From the NCBI RefSeq assembly GCF_006345805.1, contig NC_043016.1, positions 22,382,001-22,446,000 on the forward strand: a stretch of 64,000 bases of DNA. The letters run 5' to 3'. This document shows, piece by piece, positions 13,201-25,700 of this stretch (its first letter is position 1; each line of letters begins with the position of its first letter). The notes below the pieces were generated by a model. The model was not told where the DNA came from. It made no database searches and saw nothing but the letters and a program-made list of their open reading frames with translations. The stretch is from Octopus sinensis. Lineage: Eukaryota. Made by a program: the position numbers and the translations under genes.

Positions 13201-16186
13201 GATGGTATAAAAATGATCCCCCATAGGTGTGCATATCCTAAAAATTAAAGCTCATAGATATTAATAAATATATAAAATAGATCCTTAACTATTTTAACCT
13301 TTTAGCATTCAGATTATTCTGTCAAATGCTTATTTACTCACATCTTTTTTTAATTAATCATGCATTATCTTGCTGCTCCTACATTTCAATGATGTGATTG
13401 TTTATTTTTACAATGACATGGTAGGGTAGGTGTGAGAGGTTGAATTTGGTCAGTTTGAACATAAAACATAGAATATTTGGGCTGGATATGGCCAGTTTAA
13501 ATGGTAATGGGTTAAAGCATTAATGTATATTTAGTAGTAACATGTCAAAGGTGAAAAGAACAGTTTTTAATACGCCTCTTTTCTTTCACCCTCCACTGAG
13601 ACTTTATATATATATATATAAAGCCAGATCTTCTGTCACTAATCTGTTGTCCATCAACCTTGAGCAACGTAGTTGCTCTTGATATTCGCAAAGCCACCAC
13701 TATGTGTTTGGTATAAGAATCTTCTAGTGTATTGATCACCTTTGGGTTTACCAGTTTCCTATCAGGCTATATAATTGTATTGATACACAGAGGCTCTCTA
13801 TGGTTTACATTCTAGCAACTATGGTATACCACAAATTATAGCTATGTGTTACACACACACATACATTTCCTTCCATATATCAGTGGCCTAATTATTTATT
13901 GTCACTTAAACAATACACACTTCTAGGTGCCATTCACCTGTAACCTAAATTCAAAGGCAAAAACTTTAATAACGAGTGTAAATGAAGACATGGTTATCTC
14001 ATACTTTTCAATAGCATAGCAATTCAGTCTGTACTCATGTCAAAGAAATAGTCTCACAACTCACATTCATAAATAACAAACGACTAAAAACTCAAAATTC
14101 TTGCAAAAACTAGGCCTCAAAAACCAGATAAACTAAACATTATCAAAACTGTGTTATAAATACTCCTTGGGACCAGGAAATATTTCAGCCATGATAAATT
14201 ATTAACCATATTAAAGTACTGTTCACATATCTTGGAAAGTGCTGTTACTACTTTCCTTTTTTTATTGCTTGGCCAGGAGGAAAAAAGAATTTCCACGAGA
14301 AGCTGTCCTCAAACCAAAGACCAGATCTGAATGCTTGCAATAGAGTAGAAATGAGAGATATTCTACTACCTTTTGTAGAGTCTACTCATAGCATGTTGAG
14401 ACTAACAAATTCACATAAACCCCCCCCCCCATAAAAGTGAAAGTACATCTGTAGAAGATTGAACTTACAAGAGGCCATCCAACTGAGTGTTCTATTTTCC
14501 CAGGTTTGTGGTTTGCTTCATTAACTTCCCAGAGTTCCTTGAAACCGATGGCATAAGTCTGTGGTTCACAATCCTTCCGCAGATCAAACTTCTTGTACAA
14601 CTGTTTAGCTAAATGTCCATGACAACCCTCACAGAATATAGTCATCTTGGCATGTAATTCCATTCCTCTTTCAAATGATTCCTGTTGAATACAAGCAATC
14701 TTTAAGTAGCCATTGTGTTGAAAATAAACAATGGAAAAACTTGTTTTATAAATATTTTGACAAAATTATCAACCAATGTGGCAGAACAGCAATAACATAA
14801 GGTACAACAACAAGAACACTAACAACAAAAACAATTCCTGTTATCAACTTAATAGTGATCAAAATCCCCCTCAACTATAAACTGAGTGTTAATATATAGT
14901 AAGTCAAGTTTTCATGATGTCAACATCATGAAAGATGGAGGCCATTCACTAAAAGTTCTACAATAAAGGAGAGAGTTTATTTTGAAAACAATTATTCAGA
15001 ACTATTGATTCAGTAGTCTGATCAATAGTTGTATGATTACTCAATAAAATGTACTGTGTGTTAGCAGAGGAAGACCAAAGAAGACTAGACTTTAGAAATT
15101 AGCTGACACAGGATCAAAACACATCATGGTATTTAAAAAACAAAATTTTTTATAGCTTAGTCAAAAGAGGAAATATAGGGCTCAGGACTGTTTTGCAGTA
15201 CCTCCAAGAATATCATAGGAAATAGAGCAAAGATTTGAGAATTGGTCTGAATGCTTACAACAGAGGGGACTCACTGTACTGAAAGCCTGTCCAATGCATT
15301 GCAGTTTGGAAAAAATTGGATGTTTTTATGATAATGATAAAGATTACAAGTTCCATTATGGTAAGGCTCTCTTTGACAGGAAACATTATTATAATTTTCT
15401 CAGGTAATTTCTCTGAAAAAATAGGAACCATTTTTACTTCATTGTTGATATAATGTGTAAAATTTCTAAAACATTTTACTAACAAATCTTTAGCAATTAT
15501 CATCCTTATTTGTGAAACTATCTAACCCATATACTGTATTTAAAAAGGGCTACAATAAGAGAATCAAGCTACAAATTATACAAAAAGCAGGAAAAAAGCT
15601 TCTGATAGTTGTGTAGCCAGTACAATTTGGTGATCAATTTCCCCTCAACTGAATTCCCAACTGACCTGAAAACAGTAACCACATGATCCAGTGATACAGT
15701 GCTAAAGCAGTCACTTGACCTTAATGTAGCAGCTAAACCTCCCTTGGTAAAACACTTAATGTATAAAATAGGGACCATATGATCCAGTGATAGAGTTTCA
15801 ATGTAGTCGTACAACCTTAACAGAAATGTTGACACAATGCTTTGTTTGATATATCATTATATTAAGATTATCTTGGAACAATAGAAAAAAATGAACAAAG
15901 GAAAGGAAATGTCTTACTTTTGGTGAGCCATCTTTATGGATTCCAACATCATTGGTAGCAATGCCTTTTACACTGTTATCTTCATTGAATAGGATCTACA
16001 AATTTACATAAAGGGACAAATATCAATATAAAAAGAAGCTATAAATTACTGTATTTGATGACATATAAGATGCACTTTTTCCCCTACAGAAATACGTCTT
16101 CAAAAAATGTTTTTTTCTGAATATGTACTGCTGGAATTGAGATTTGTATCTTTTATGCCATCAAATATGATACAAACACACACACA

Positions 16187-16227
<41 letters not shown>

Positions 16228-16645
16228 ATACACAGCTACATAAACACACAAACACTGAATTGTGCTAAAATGAAAGAAAAAAGAGTGTTTGATACATGTA
16301 ACATATAAGGTTTATTGAAAATGAATGTTTATTTTGTGACTTGATTTTCACCCTCACCCCTGCTCTTACTCTTGCAACCTTTAACCTGCATATATATTTT
16401 ATTTACCTCTGAAGCTGCTGTTCCTGGGTAAACATCTACACCCAATGATTCAGCTTGTTCTCCTAGCCACCGAACAAAATTTCCAAGTCTGACTATGTAA
16501 TTACCATGATTTCTCATTGGCATTCCTGAGAATATAAAAAGATAAATAAGAAAAAGATCAACAAATTGGAGTGAGGCCATTTTGAGAAATGAAAAAAATG
16601 TATCACTTCAGCCTGTGGAGGTTATAGGCTGTCCATAATAATAAT

Positions 16646-16731
<86 letters not shown>

Positions 16732-19700
16732 AACAATAATAATAATGCCCTGATGCAGTACCAGGTAGTGGCTCTCATGGCTTTTGATTTTAACTGATTG
16801 GAAGTGTTATCATGTACATATTTTGTCTTGAAGATGGGCTACAGAAAATATTCTGCTCAATACCACAGATTTGCTTGTCAGTTGTTTGACCGTAACCAGT
16901 TGAACATGTCCCTTAGTGGCTGACGATATGTGCGTCTCTGATCATGAGCAGAAGTAGTGGGGGAACATCACAGCTATGTGTTGAGAGGGATTCTTTGGGG
17001 TTTGAATAATTCACCTCTGGAAACATGGGTGTTTTGTTCATATCCTTAAACAAACTCCATTCAGGGACCTTTTGAGCAGAATGGGTTTATTGACTTAAAG
17101 AAATTCCAACTGGGCCCCACCTGCAAGGTTATGTGTTGTTAATCTTGATATGAGATCACCATGTCATGCACATATGGTTGTGATGCATGTACTTGAACTA
17201 ACCTTATCAGATGTGTATATTAGGCTTTGTATATTTGTACCCCAGTGTCATTTTGATGGCATGCACTGCTCTCTCACTCAATAATAATAATAATAATAAT
17301 AATGAGGTGGAAGAGCATCCAGTGTGCGACTTCCTGTTTGCAGATAACTGCACACCCAACACTGCCACAGAGGCCTAGATGCAGCAGAGCACGAACTGCT
17401 TTTTCGCTGCCTGCAACAACTTTGGCTTCACAATCAGTACTTAGAAGACAGAGGTCATGCATCAACCTACCCTGTGCACATACTCTGGCAGCATACTCTC
17501 TAGATCTGCAAACATTGATGATGAACTCAACACACACATTGCTAAGGAGAGCTCAGGATTTGTGTGGCTGCATGAATTAGTGTGGGAAAGGGGAAACATT
17601 AAGCTGGCCACCAAGTTGAAGGTGTACCAAGTAGTTGTACTGACTACACTACTGTACACCTGTTCGACTTGGATGGTTTATGAACACTATACCAAGACAA
17701 GGTCCCTGACACAGAGGGTCTCTCTTGAGTTGATCTGCCAAGCATTTAGACACTGCTGAGGAGAGTGCAAGTCAGGTGGTCAGGCCACTTTATTTGAACG
17801 CCCTATATATGACTCCACAAGAGATTGTTTTACTGCAAACTGACAGAAGGCAAGTGCAGACAAGGTGGACAGAAGTGCTTCGAGGATATGGTCAAAGTCT
17901 CACTGAAGAGCTTTGAGATCAACCCTGACACCTTGGGAAATGCAAACACAAGACCTGATGAAGCTACGGCAACAAAGGTGCCAATGCTGACAATCAGATC
18001 AGGATTGCAGGGGCACAAAGGAAACATGAACTGAGCAAGTCCAGAGCCTTCCGAGCATGCATTAGACTGATCAGCTACAGCTGGACACACTGTAACTTGT
18101 CTTCTACTCTCATTTGATGTCCTTAGTCATTTTTAACAAAGACAGACAAACAAATAATAATAATTATTATAGAAGGCAGCTAGCTGGCAGAATTGTTAGT
18201 GTGTCGGACATAAATGCTTTCTAGCACTTTTTTTTGGCTCTTTATGTCCTGAGCTCAAATCTTGTTAAGGTCAATTTTGCTTTTATACTTTTGGAGTCAA
18301 TAAAATAAAGTCCTGAGAGCCCACGCAATCAATTTCCCATTCCCTGAAAATTGTTGGCCTAGTGTCAAAATTAGAAAGAATTATTATTATTATATAATAA
18401 TGGTGGATTGCCAAGAATCATTAGAGTGTCGTAAAAAAATTCTTTGCAATATTCTTAAAATTTTGTGTTCAAATCATGCTGAAGTCAACTTTGCCTTTCA
18501 TCCCTCTGGGGTTGATATAACCGACTAATCTTGCCCTTCAAAATTGCTGGTCTTGTGTCTGATATAATAAGGATAAATCCAATAATGGGCTAGCTGGGTG
18601 GTTTGAACTGTTCCGTTGTCACATAAAAGGGATTCCTACATTATATCACCATTTTCTTTGCTTGAGTTTGGTTAAGCCAAATCCAATGTAGAGATTCAAT
18701 TATAACATTTTCAACCACCCAAAGTCAGTGGCGTATGGTAGTTGTTGTCACTGGGTGTGATGTCACACTGACCATACTATAACTAACGTTAGTATTACTC
18801 AAATTAGGCATACAAACTGTGTATTTCTATTCAAAATGCGGGATCCAAAATGTAAATTATGTAACCTTAATTCAATTGGGATACAGAAATATTGCACTAA
18901 GTAAACTGAATTAATAATACCCTATAAATTGTAAGCATTCTAAAATAAGCCATAATTTTCTTATGTGCACACACTGAAAATTAAGAAACCATATAATTTT
19001 ACTAACTTAAATTACTTATATGTACTAAAAATATTCTGGGGTCGATACATTCAACTAAAAACTAGCACACCTGTAATATACACCCCTGCTCAAAGTGGAG
19101 CCCAGGTCCTTTGACACATTTTCTGCTGCTTTCATTTTCATATCTAGTACCAGCGATATATTTACTGATTAAAAGACTAAAAAAAGAAAATACAACCAAA
19201 CTAAATAGCATTTAAAAAAATGTTATGTAAGATATCTGCCTGTATGTAACAGCAGCAGAGTTTCACAGTGGGAGCAGTATGCCATTTAAGCTTGAACTTG
19301 AGCTGACCAATTCACATACAGAAAAGTTGGTGTTAAAATGAAGCTGATGACGATAATGATGGATAAGGTTTACAACCTACCCACATAAAAAAAAAACATT
19401 CCCAAAACTCAAACAAGAAACTAATGACATTATAATTACCAATTTGATCAAAAATTTGAAGCAATAAAATGCTTTCTTAATGTTTTATAGAATATTACAT
19501 AAAAAAAAGATTACATTAAAAATGAATAAAAATGCGAAAGAAAATAATTTCCTAATAAGGTTAGCATGACCTATATATAATTTCACGAAAAATCACATTT
19601 CAAAAATAAAAAATTTTATTACACCCTATTATTAACGGTACATATTTTACCAATGCCCGTTGTGTACAAGAAAGAAGAATAAAAAATGTGAGATTTGAAA

Positions 19701-22700
19701 CCCAGCAAACTACTGACTCAAGATAAGCTTTACTGATTAAAATTTGTTACCTAGCCTTTCATGCAAGGATATATATAACTGCAATATGAAACTCTGAGTA
19801 ATTATCATTTAACATATACAAGGGTCGTATACATACACACACACACATGCACGTATGTACATACACACATATATTGACTGTAAAACTATAAGCCCATACA
19901 GTTAATAAAGCAAAGTCCCTTTAAGACTAACTATGGCTTGTTATTTAAAATATAGGGAGAATTCACAAAAAACAAAAGACAAAGACAGGTGGTGTAGACA
20001 ACAAACAGGTATTAGTTTAATGCTGGGGAAGTGAAAAAGTCTTTAACGTTTCGAGCCTATGTTCTTCCACAGAAATGTATGATCTCATACATAATAACAT
20101 AATGTTATCGTCCACATTTTTTAATGTCCAATATCAGTAATATATCCTCCTCATTTATTTATACTTGAGTATTTCTTTATCTTTTAGTCAGGACAGAGGA
20201 AGTTGCTGTTAAATTTGGTTTGAATGTAATATAACATTTAGAGCAGCACTAAAGACATCTAAGGTGGTGTTAAACTGGATGACGGTTAAGTCTACAACTT
20301 ATATAAACCATGATGAGATTTGAAAGAATGCAAAGATGTGGAACAAGGCATCAGGTCCAATTTTCTGATAGCTCAACCAATTGGTACTTTATTAATTAAG
20401 AAAGGATGAAAGGCAAAAATAAGCCTCTGTGGGATTGGAACTGAGAGTACACAATGGGGGAGGCATTTTATACAATGCTCTAATGACTATGCCAATTTGT
20501 CGCCTAATGTCATGCTTGAATTTTAAATTCGATATTTTGCATTAAATTTCTCACATTATGCACAAATAAATAATGGTATATTTTCTATGATTGTATGGTC
20601 AAGGATCATGTATTAAAATTAGGACACTTAAATAGCTTTAAAAGTTCTAAACTTCATTTTCTGAAAAAAAAATGAAGATGCTAAGATGGTTATTATATAT
20701 TTGAATGAAAAATTTGCTGTGTCATTTAATTCTATTTAAGTTAGTTTAATATAAGAAAGAAAAAAATCCATGAACAAACCAGGTAAAATAGGAATTGGAA
20801 TTCTTCCTTTCTCTGTCAGGAAAGCAAACTTGTCTTCAGTCACAGGAGTAAGCAGTGGAGCCTGGAAAAGAAAATGAAAATACTTACAAAAACTTCCTTT
20901 ATATTTTTATATAAAATCATCAGTATAAAAACCCCATAGTTAAGTGTAAAAGTGGACAAAAGCCCCATAGTTATACTTTTCAGTAATTTCTTTCCTTTCA
21001 CCTTCCACTTGTTTCAGTCATTAGGCTGTAGCTATGCTGGGGTACCACCTTGAATAATTTTTAGTTGAATGTATTGACCCTAGAATTAAAATTTTTTTTT
21101 ACTTGTTGCAGTTATTAGACAGCATCCACCCATACTGGGGCACTACCTTGAAGAATTTTTAGATGGCTGTATGGAACTCAGAATTTTTTTAAAGCCTGAT
21201 CAAAACCACTTCTGTGATATATTTTGTTTTTTTTAAATCTTTTTATTAGCTGCAGTCATTAAACTGTAGCCATGCTGGGGCACCACCTTGAGGAATTTTT
21301 AGTCGAATGTGTTGACACCAGAATTTTTTTTAATGATTTTCAACCAGCGCATGAAGTTAAGCCAAGAAGGTCTCTCTACATGCTAAAAATAACAGCCAAA
21401 CGTCTTAAAATTGTTTAATACCCTCCTTGGTTATAATTTTTGGTTATTCTTCGTTTTTTTTTATTTTTCTAAAAATCTTTTTACTTGTTTCAAATCATTG
21501 GACTGCGACTATACTGGGGCACTGCCATGAGGAACTTTTAGTCAAATGTATTGACTGCAGAATATTTTTTAGGTGATTTTCGACAAGAACATGAAGTTAA
21601 GTATAGGCCTTTTCACATGCTAGAAATAACAGCCAAAATTTAAATTTTTTTTTTTTTTACATAATTTCATGTAATCAAAAACGGAAATCGCGGTTGTAAA
21701 AAAAAAGATCATTTTCCAAAATTCCAATTTTTAAGTGAACAAAATATATTCAATCGAAAATAAATAAGTAGAACAGAATAACAGAGTACACTTCAAGAAT
21801 GTGTAGAAACATAAAACCAACATAGAAGCAATCGATTACATACCTACATAAAACATATACACATACACCTTTGTGTGTGTGTGTGTGTGAGATGAAGAGA
21901 ATCGAACTGAATGTGAAAATATATTATCTAAATTACAAAAAAAAAAAAAAAACAGTTTAAAAACTATGTCATGTTGACCTATTTCCTAAAATTTTAATTT
22001 CCAGTCGCTGTTGCCGAACAAGTCATTTGTTATAGTTTTCTCTCTTTCTCTATCTAATAATAAAGAACATTGCATACCAATGTGCTGACCATTACTGGAC
22101 ACAGAATATAAAATTTAGCCTTACTACATAACAGAGCGATTACAAAATCGCAGTGCAATAAATGTCAAATTTGTTTATTCCCAAATTATTGGTAATTTAT
22201 CTATAAGTAATTTTTTTTTTGTCAAAAAAGGTATGTCTGAGAACCGTGGGGCTTTTGTCTGGATGTGACTTTTGTCCAGGGTGCTTTTGTCCGACACTGA
22301 AAATAGATGGAAACACTGTCCCAATCCTTCATACACCTTTGAAAATCAGTGAGATCAATATAGATGCTTTATTTGAAAAATTGCAGGAATAATACAGACA
22401 GGGAAGAAATACCAGAAAGTTGATGTATGGAGGAGGAATGACTGGTTATAACAGTTAATTACTGGTTGCAACAGAGTGTAGGGAAGTGGACATAGTATAT
22501 ACACTTTTTATATAGAATATATAGCAAAAATATAAAAATGCTCACACTATATAAAATTTATTTTTTATTTTAACTTCCAACTTTTTCTTTATATATGTGT
22601 ATATGATATATATTTATTATATGTAATACACAATCACTACATATTGATAGAGTGATATTAAAATAGGTTGTGTTAACCTATTTATTAAGTTTTGTAGAAT

Positions 22701-25700
22701 GTACATTTCCTACAGCACAGTGGATATGAAGCTACCTAGACATTTTAAAAATAAATACAGAAATGTCTGTACAACATTAGTGCTAATATCACGAATTAAG
22801 AAACCCACAAATAACTAAGGCATGCATGGGCATACCATTACACATATCTTATCATCAAGCAAGCTGCACTACTAAAAAGTAATTTTTCCCTAGTGTGTCA
22901 TTCAGAAAGCTCCATGGGCTACAAGTGGGGTCCAGACCCTCTGCCAACAAAACCCACCTAACTTAAAGTGTGAAATTGAACAAATTAATTCAAGTATATT
23001 TTTTTCCTATTTTTGAACTTTAAAACCTTTTAATACCATTAAAATTAGAAGAATAAATGTAAGTACTTTATTACTCAAGTGAACATGAAAAATATTATAA
23101 TCTTTCTTTGTGTTGGTTCACACCACATGATCATTGTTTTGTCCACCTGAATACTGTAATTTCCAAAACAGATTATACACTGAAACAGGATAGTGTTTTT
23201 CTTTATCCTCACTTATCTGCATTCTTTCCTTAGTGGCTGGTTGCATTATTGGCCTTCTATTGCACTGCTAGTTTTTTTAAAGAAGTCATGTTTTCACCTA
23301 GACATGGTGAATTATGGTATTTACGTAGACAAAGCAATGATCAGGTAGAGTGAATCAACGCAACAAAAGATTATTATATTTTTTATGATTACTTCAGCAA
23401 TAAATTACTTAAATTAATACAGAAAAAAATAACCGAGGATGTTTTATCCTGTTTCATACTGAGGGGATTTTGTCCTACACTCACCACATAACCCATGGGC
23501 TATGAGGTCGCTAGGTTTGCTAGAAACAGCAGCCAGCTTTCTCTGAAATTCCAGACATTGAGGATGGGCTGAAAATTTTTTGTAATTTCTTTCTTCCATA
23601 TGGCTATCTACTGTCTCAGGAGTTTGATAGCATTTTCTACAATTCCATACTTATCCATATCAATATCTTGAAGATTCGACTCATAGATTGGATCATAAAA
23701 TTTTGAAGAACACATAGCACTTGCTATGCTAAATTTCAATGATTCATTATGCTCATTGTAAAGCTGCCTTGTAAAAAACAAAACAATTATTTACTCTTCT
23801 CCCAAACTATTGTCATAAAAAATGCTGACAGTTTTATTAACGATAGAAAAGGGTGCATCGAAACAGCGGAAGAAAACATTGGAAAATGTCAGTAACACAA
23901 TAAATATATATACATACATAGAATTGAAGGATGGGAACAATCAGATATCGTTTACATATTTTATACACACACACATTTGTATGCATGAAACGCAGATTTT
24001 GAATGGCCAGATGCCCTTCCTGGCACCAACCCTTACATGTTTTCAAGTAATGTAATATTTCCCCATGGCTAAGCATGTTCAATATTAGAAATAAAGGACA
24101 CTACTTGCATGCCAACGACACTCACAACTATCACAGGGTGTCAAGGCAGGGAGACAATAAAACATGCACACACATGATGGGCTTTTTTTAGTTTCATTTT
24201 AACATATCCACTCACAATGCTTTGGTTGGCCTGGGGTGTAGTAGAAGAAACTTGGCTAAGGTGCTGCACAGTGGGAATGAACCCAAAACCAAATAGTGGG
24301 GAAGCAAGCTTCTTACCACACAGCCATGCCTGTTGCATCAATATCATCATCACTATGATCATGATCATAAACACACACTCACTCACTTATATACACATAC
24401 ATGTGCGTATGCATGCACGTCCATGTGTATGTGTATTCACACTGAAATCAGTGTTTATGACAATTTCCTGTTTCAAAGATGTGTTAAATAAATTATCCTT
24501 TACTCAGAGAAAACAACACACACATATATATACTTGTGTGTGTGTGTGTATAGTTATGGTATATTCTGTTAAAAACGTATTAGAGTACAGTATAAAGCTT
24601 GTCCCCCTTCAGATTTATCCTGTGCTATCCAATAGTAGTATTATACGTACTTCCAGGTTTGTGTCTGGGCATCTATCATGTGTGAATTGATAATTGAAAA
24701 TACTGGAGTCAAGAGTAGGTCAGAGTATGTGATAGGGTAGTCAGGTTGAGATTAATCTTACATAAATTAATGGTTACTTTCATCTCTGTATATGCTCCAT
24801 AGCCTGGGCTGGCTGATGATCAGAAGGACCAATTCAATGAGGTCCCTTTGCAGACTACCTCAATGATAAATAACAGAAACTTTGGTATTGTGGCTGGTGA
24901 CTGCAATGAACATGTTGGGAAGCACTGCATGGAGTTCTGTGATGCAAATGATCTGATGATCTGCAAATACTAACTTCAGGAAACCAGTCAGCCACCTGAT
25001 AACCTATCAGTCTGCTGGGCACATAGGCTAGACTGACTACATCCTCACCAAACAAGATAGATGGATGTTTGTAAAAGCAAAGTCTTTCCCAGCCAAAGAA
25101 TGTACAACCCAACATAGGTTAGTAGTTAGTAACTTCAGAATTAGAGCTAGAGGGACTTGGAGAAACAAAGTAGTCTGGAAAAGGAAGTTATGGAATCCCA
25201 AAGACCCAGTAAATTGACAGAAATTTAGAGATATTCTAATGGAAACTTCTGATGAGAAGGAGGAGGAGGAATTAGAGATGTATAGCTTAGAGGACAACTG
25301 GATATTCCAGTGGGACAGATTACTGAGGACTGTAGGAGGGTGACATGGTGGTGGAATAAAAAGGCAGATCATGCTATAAAAGTAAAGAGATGAGTGTGGA
25401 AAGGCTGGAAATATGGTGGTAGTTGTAGTGTTATGGAGGCACGCATTGCTGCATCCACCATTCATTGGTGATTCCTAGTTACAGGCAGAAGACACCTTTG
25501 CACTACTCATGTGACAACCCTCTGACCCATGAGTCTGGATAGTTGTTGGTAAAAGTTTTATGAGGTCTGAGAGCAGATCCTTCCTGAACTCTTTCGATTG
25601 CCTTTTACAACATGCAAAGGAAATGTTGGGTCTATTCTTTAGCATGCTGGTTTCCATACAGTACTAGAACAACATGAAATGAAGTGTTTTGCTCAAGAAC

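Noticed and set aside
13545-13739. ORF with [20 protein letters not shown] resembling a laminin-G strand, plus a 7-bp hairpin gagcaac-tac-gttgctc
   Set aside because: Short, isolated, no convincing splice sites or partner exons; similarity likely chance.
21005-21610. Repeat-spacer appearance suggesting a CRISPR-like array
   Set aside because: Units are about 90 bp, highly diverged and SINE-derived, in a eukaryotic intron, with no cas genes.
20890-23485. Recurrent ggacaaaagcccc-like motifs at about 20915, 22250-22295 and 23465
   Set aside because: Resemble subterminal repeats of a DNA transposon, but no matching termini or target-site duplication could be paired.
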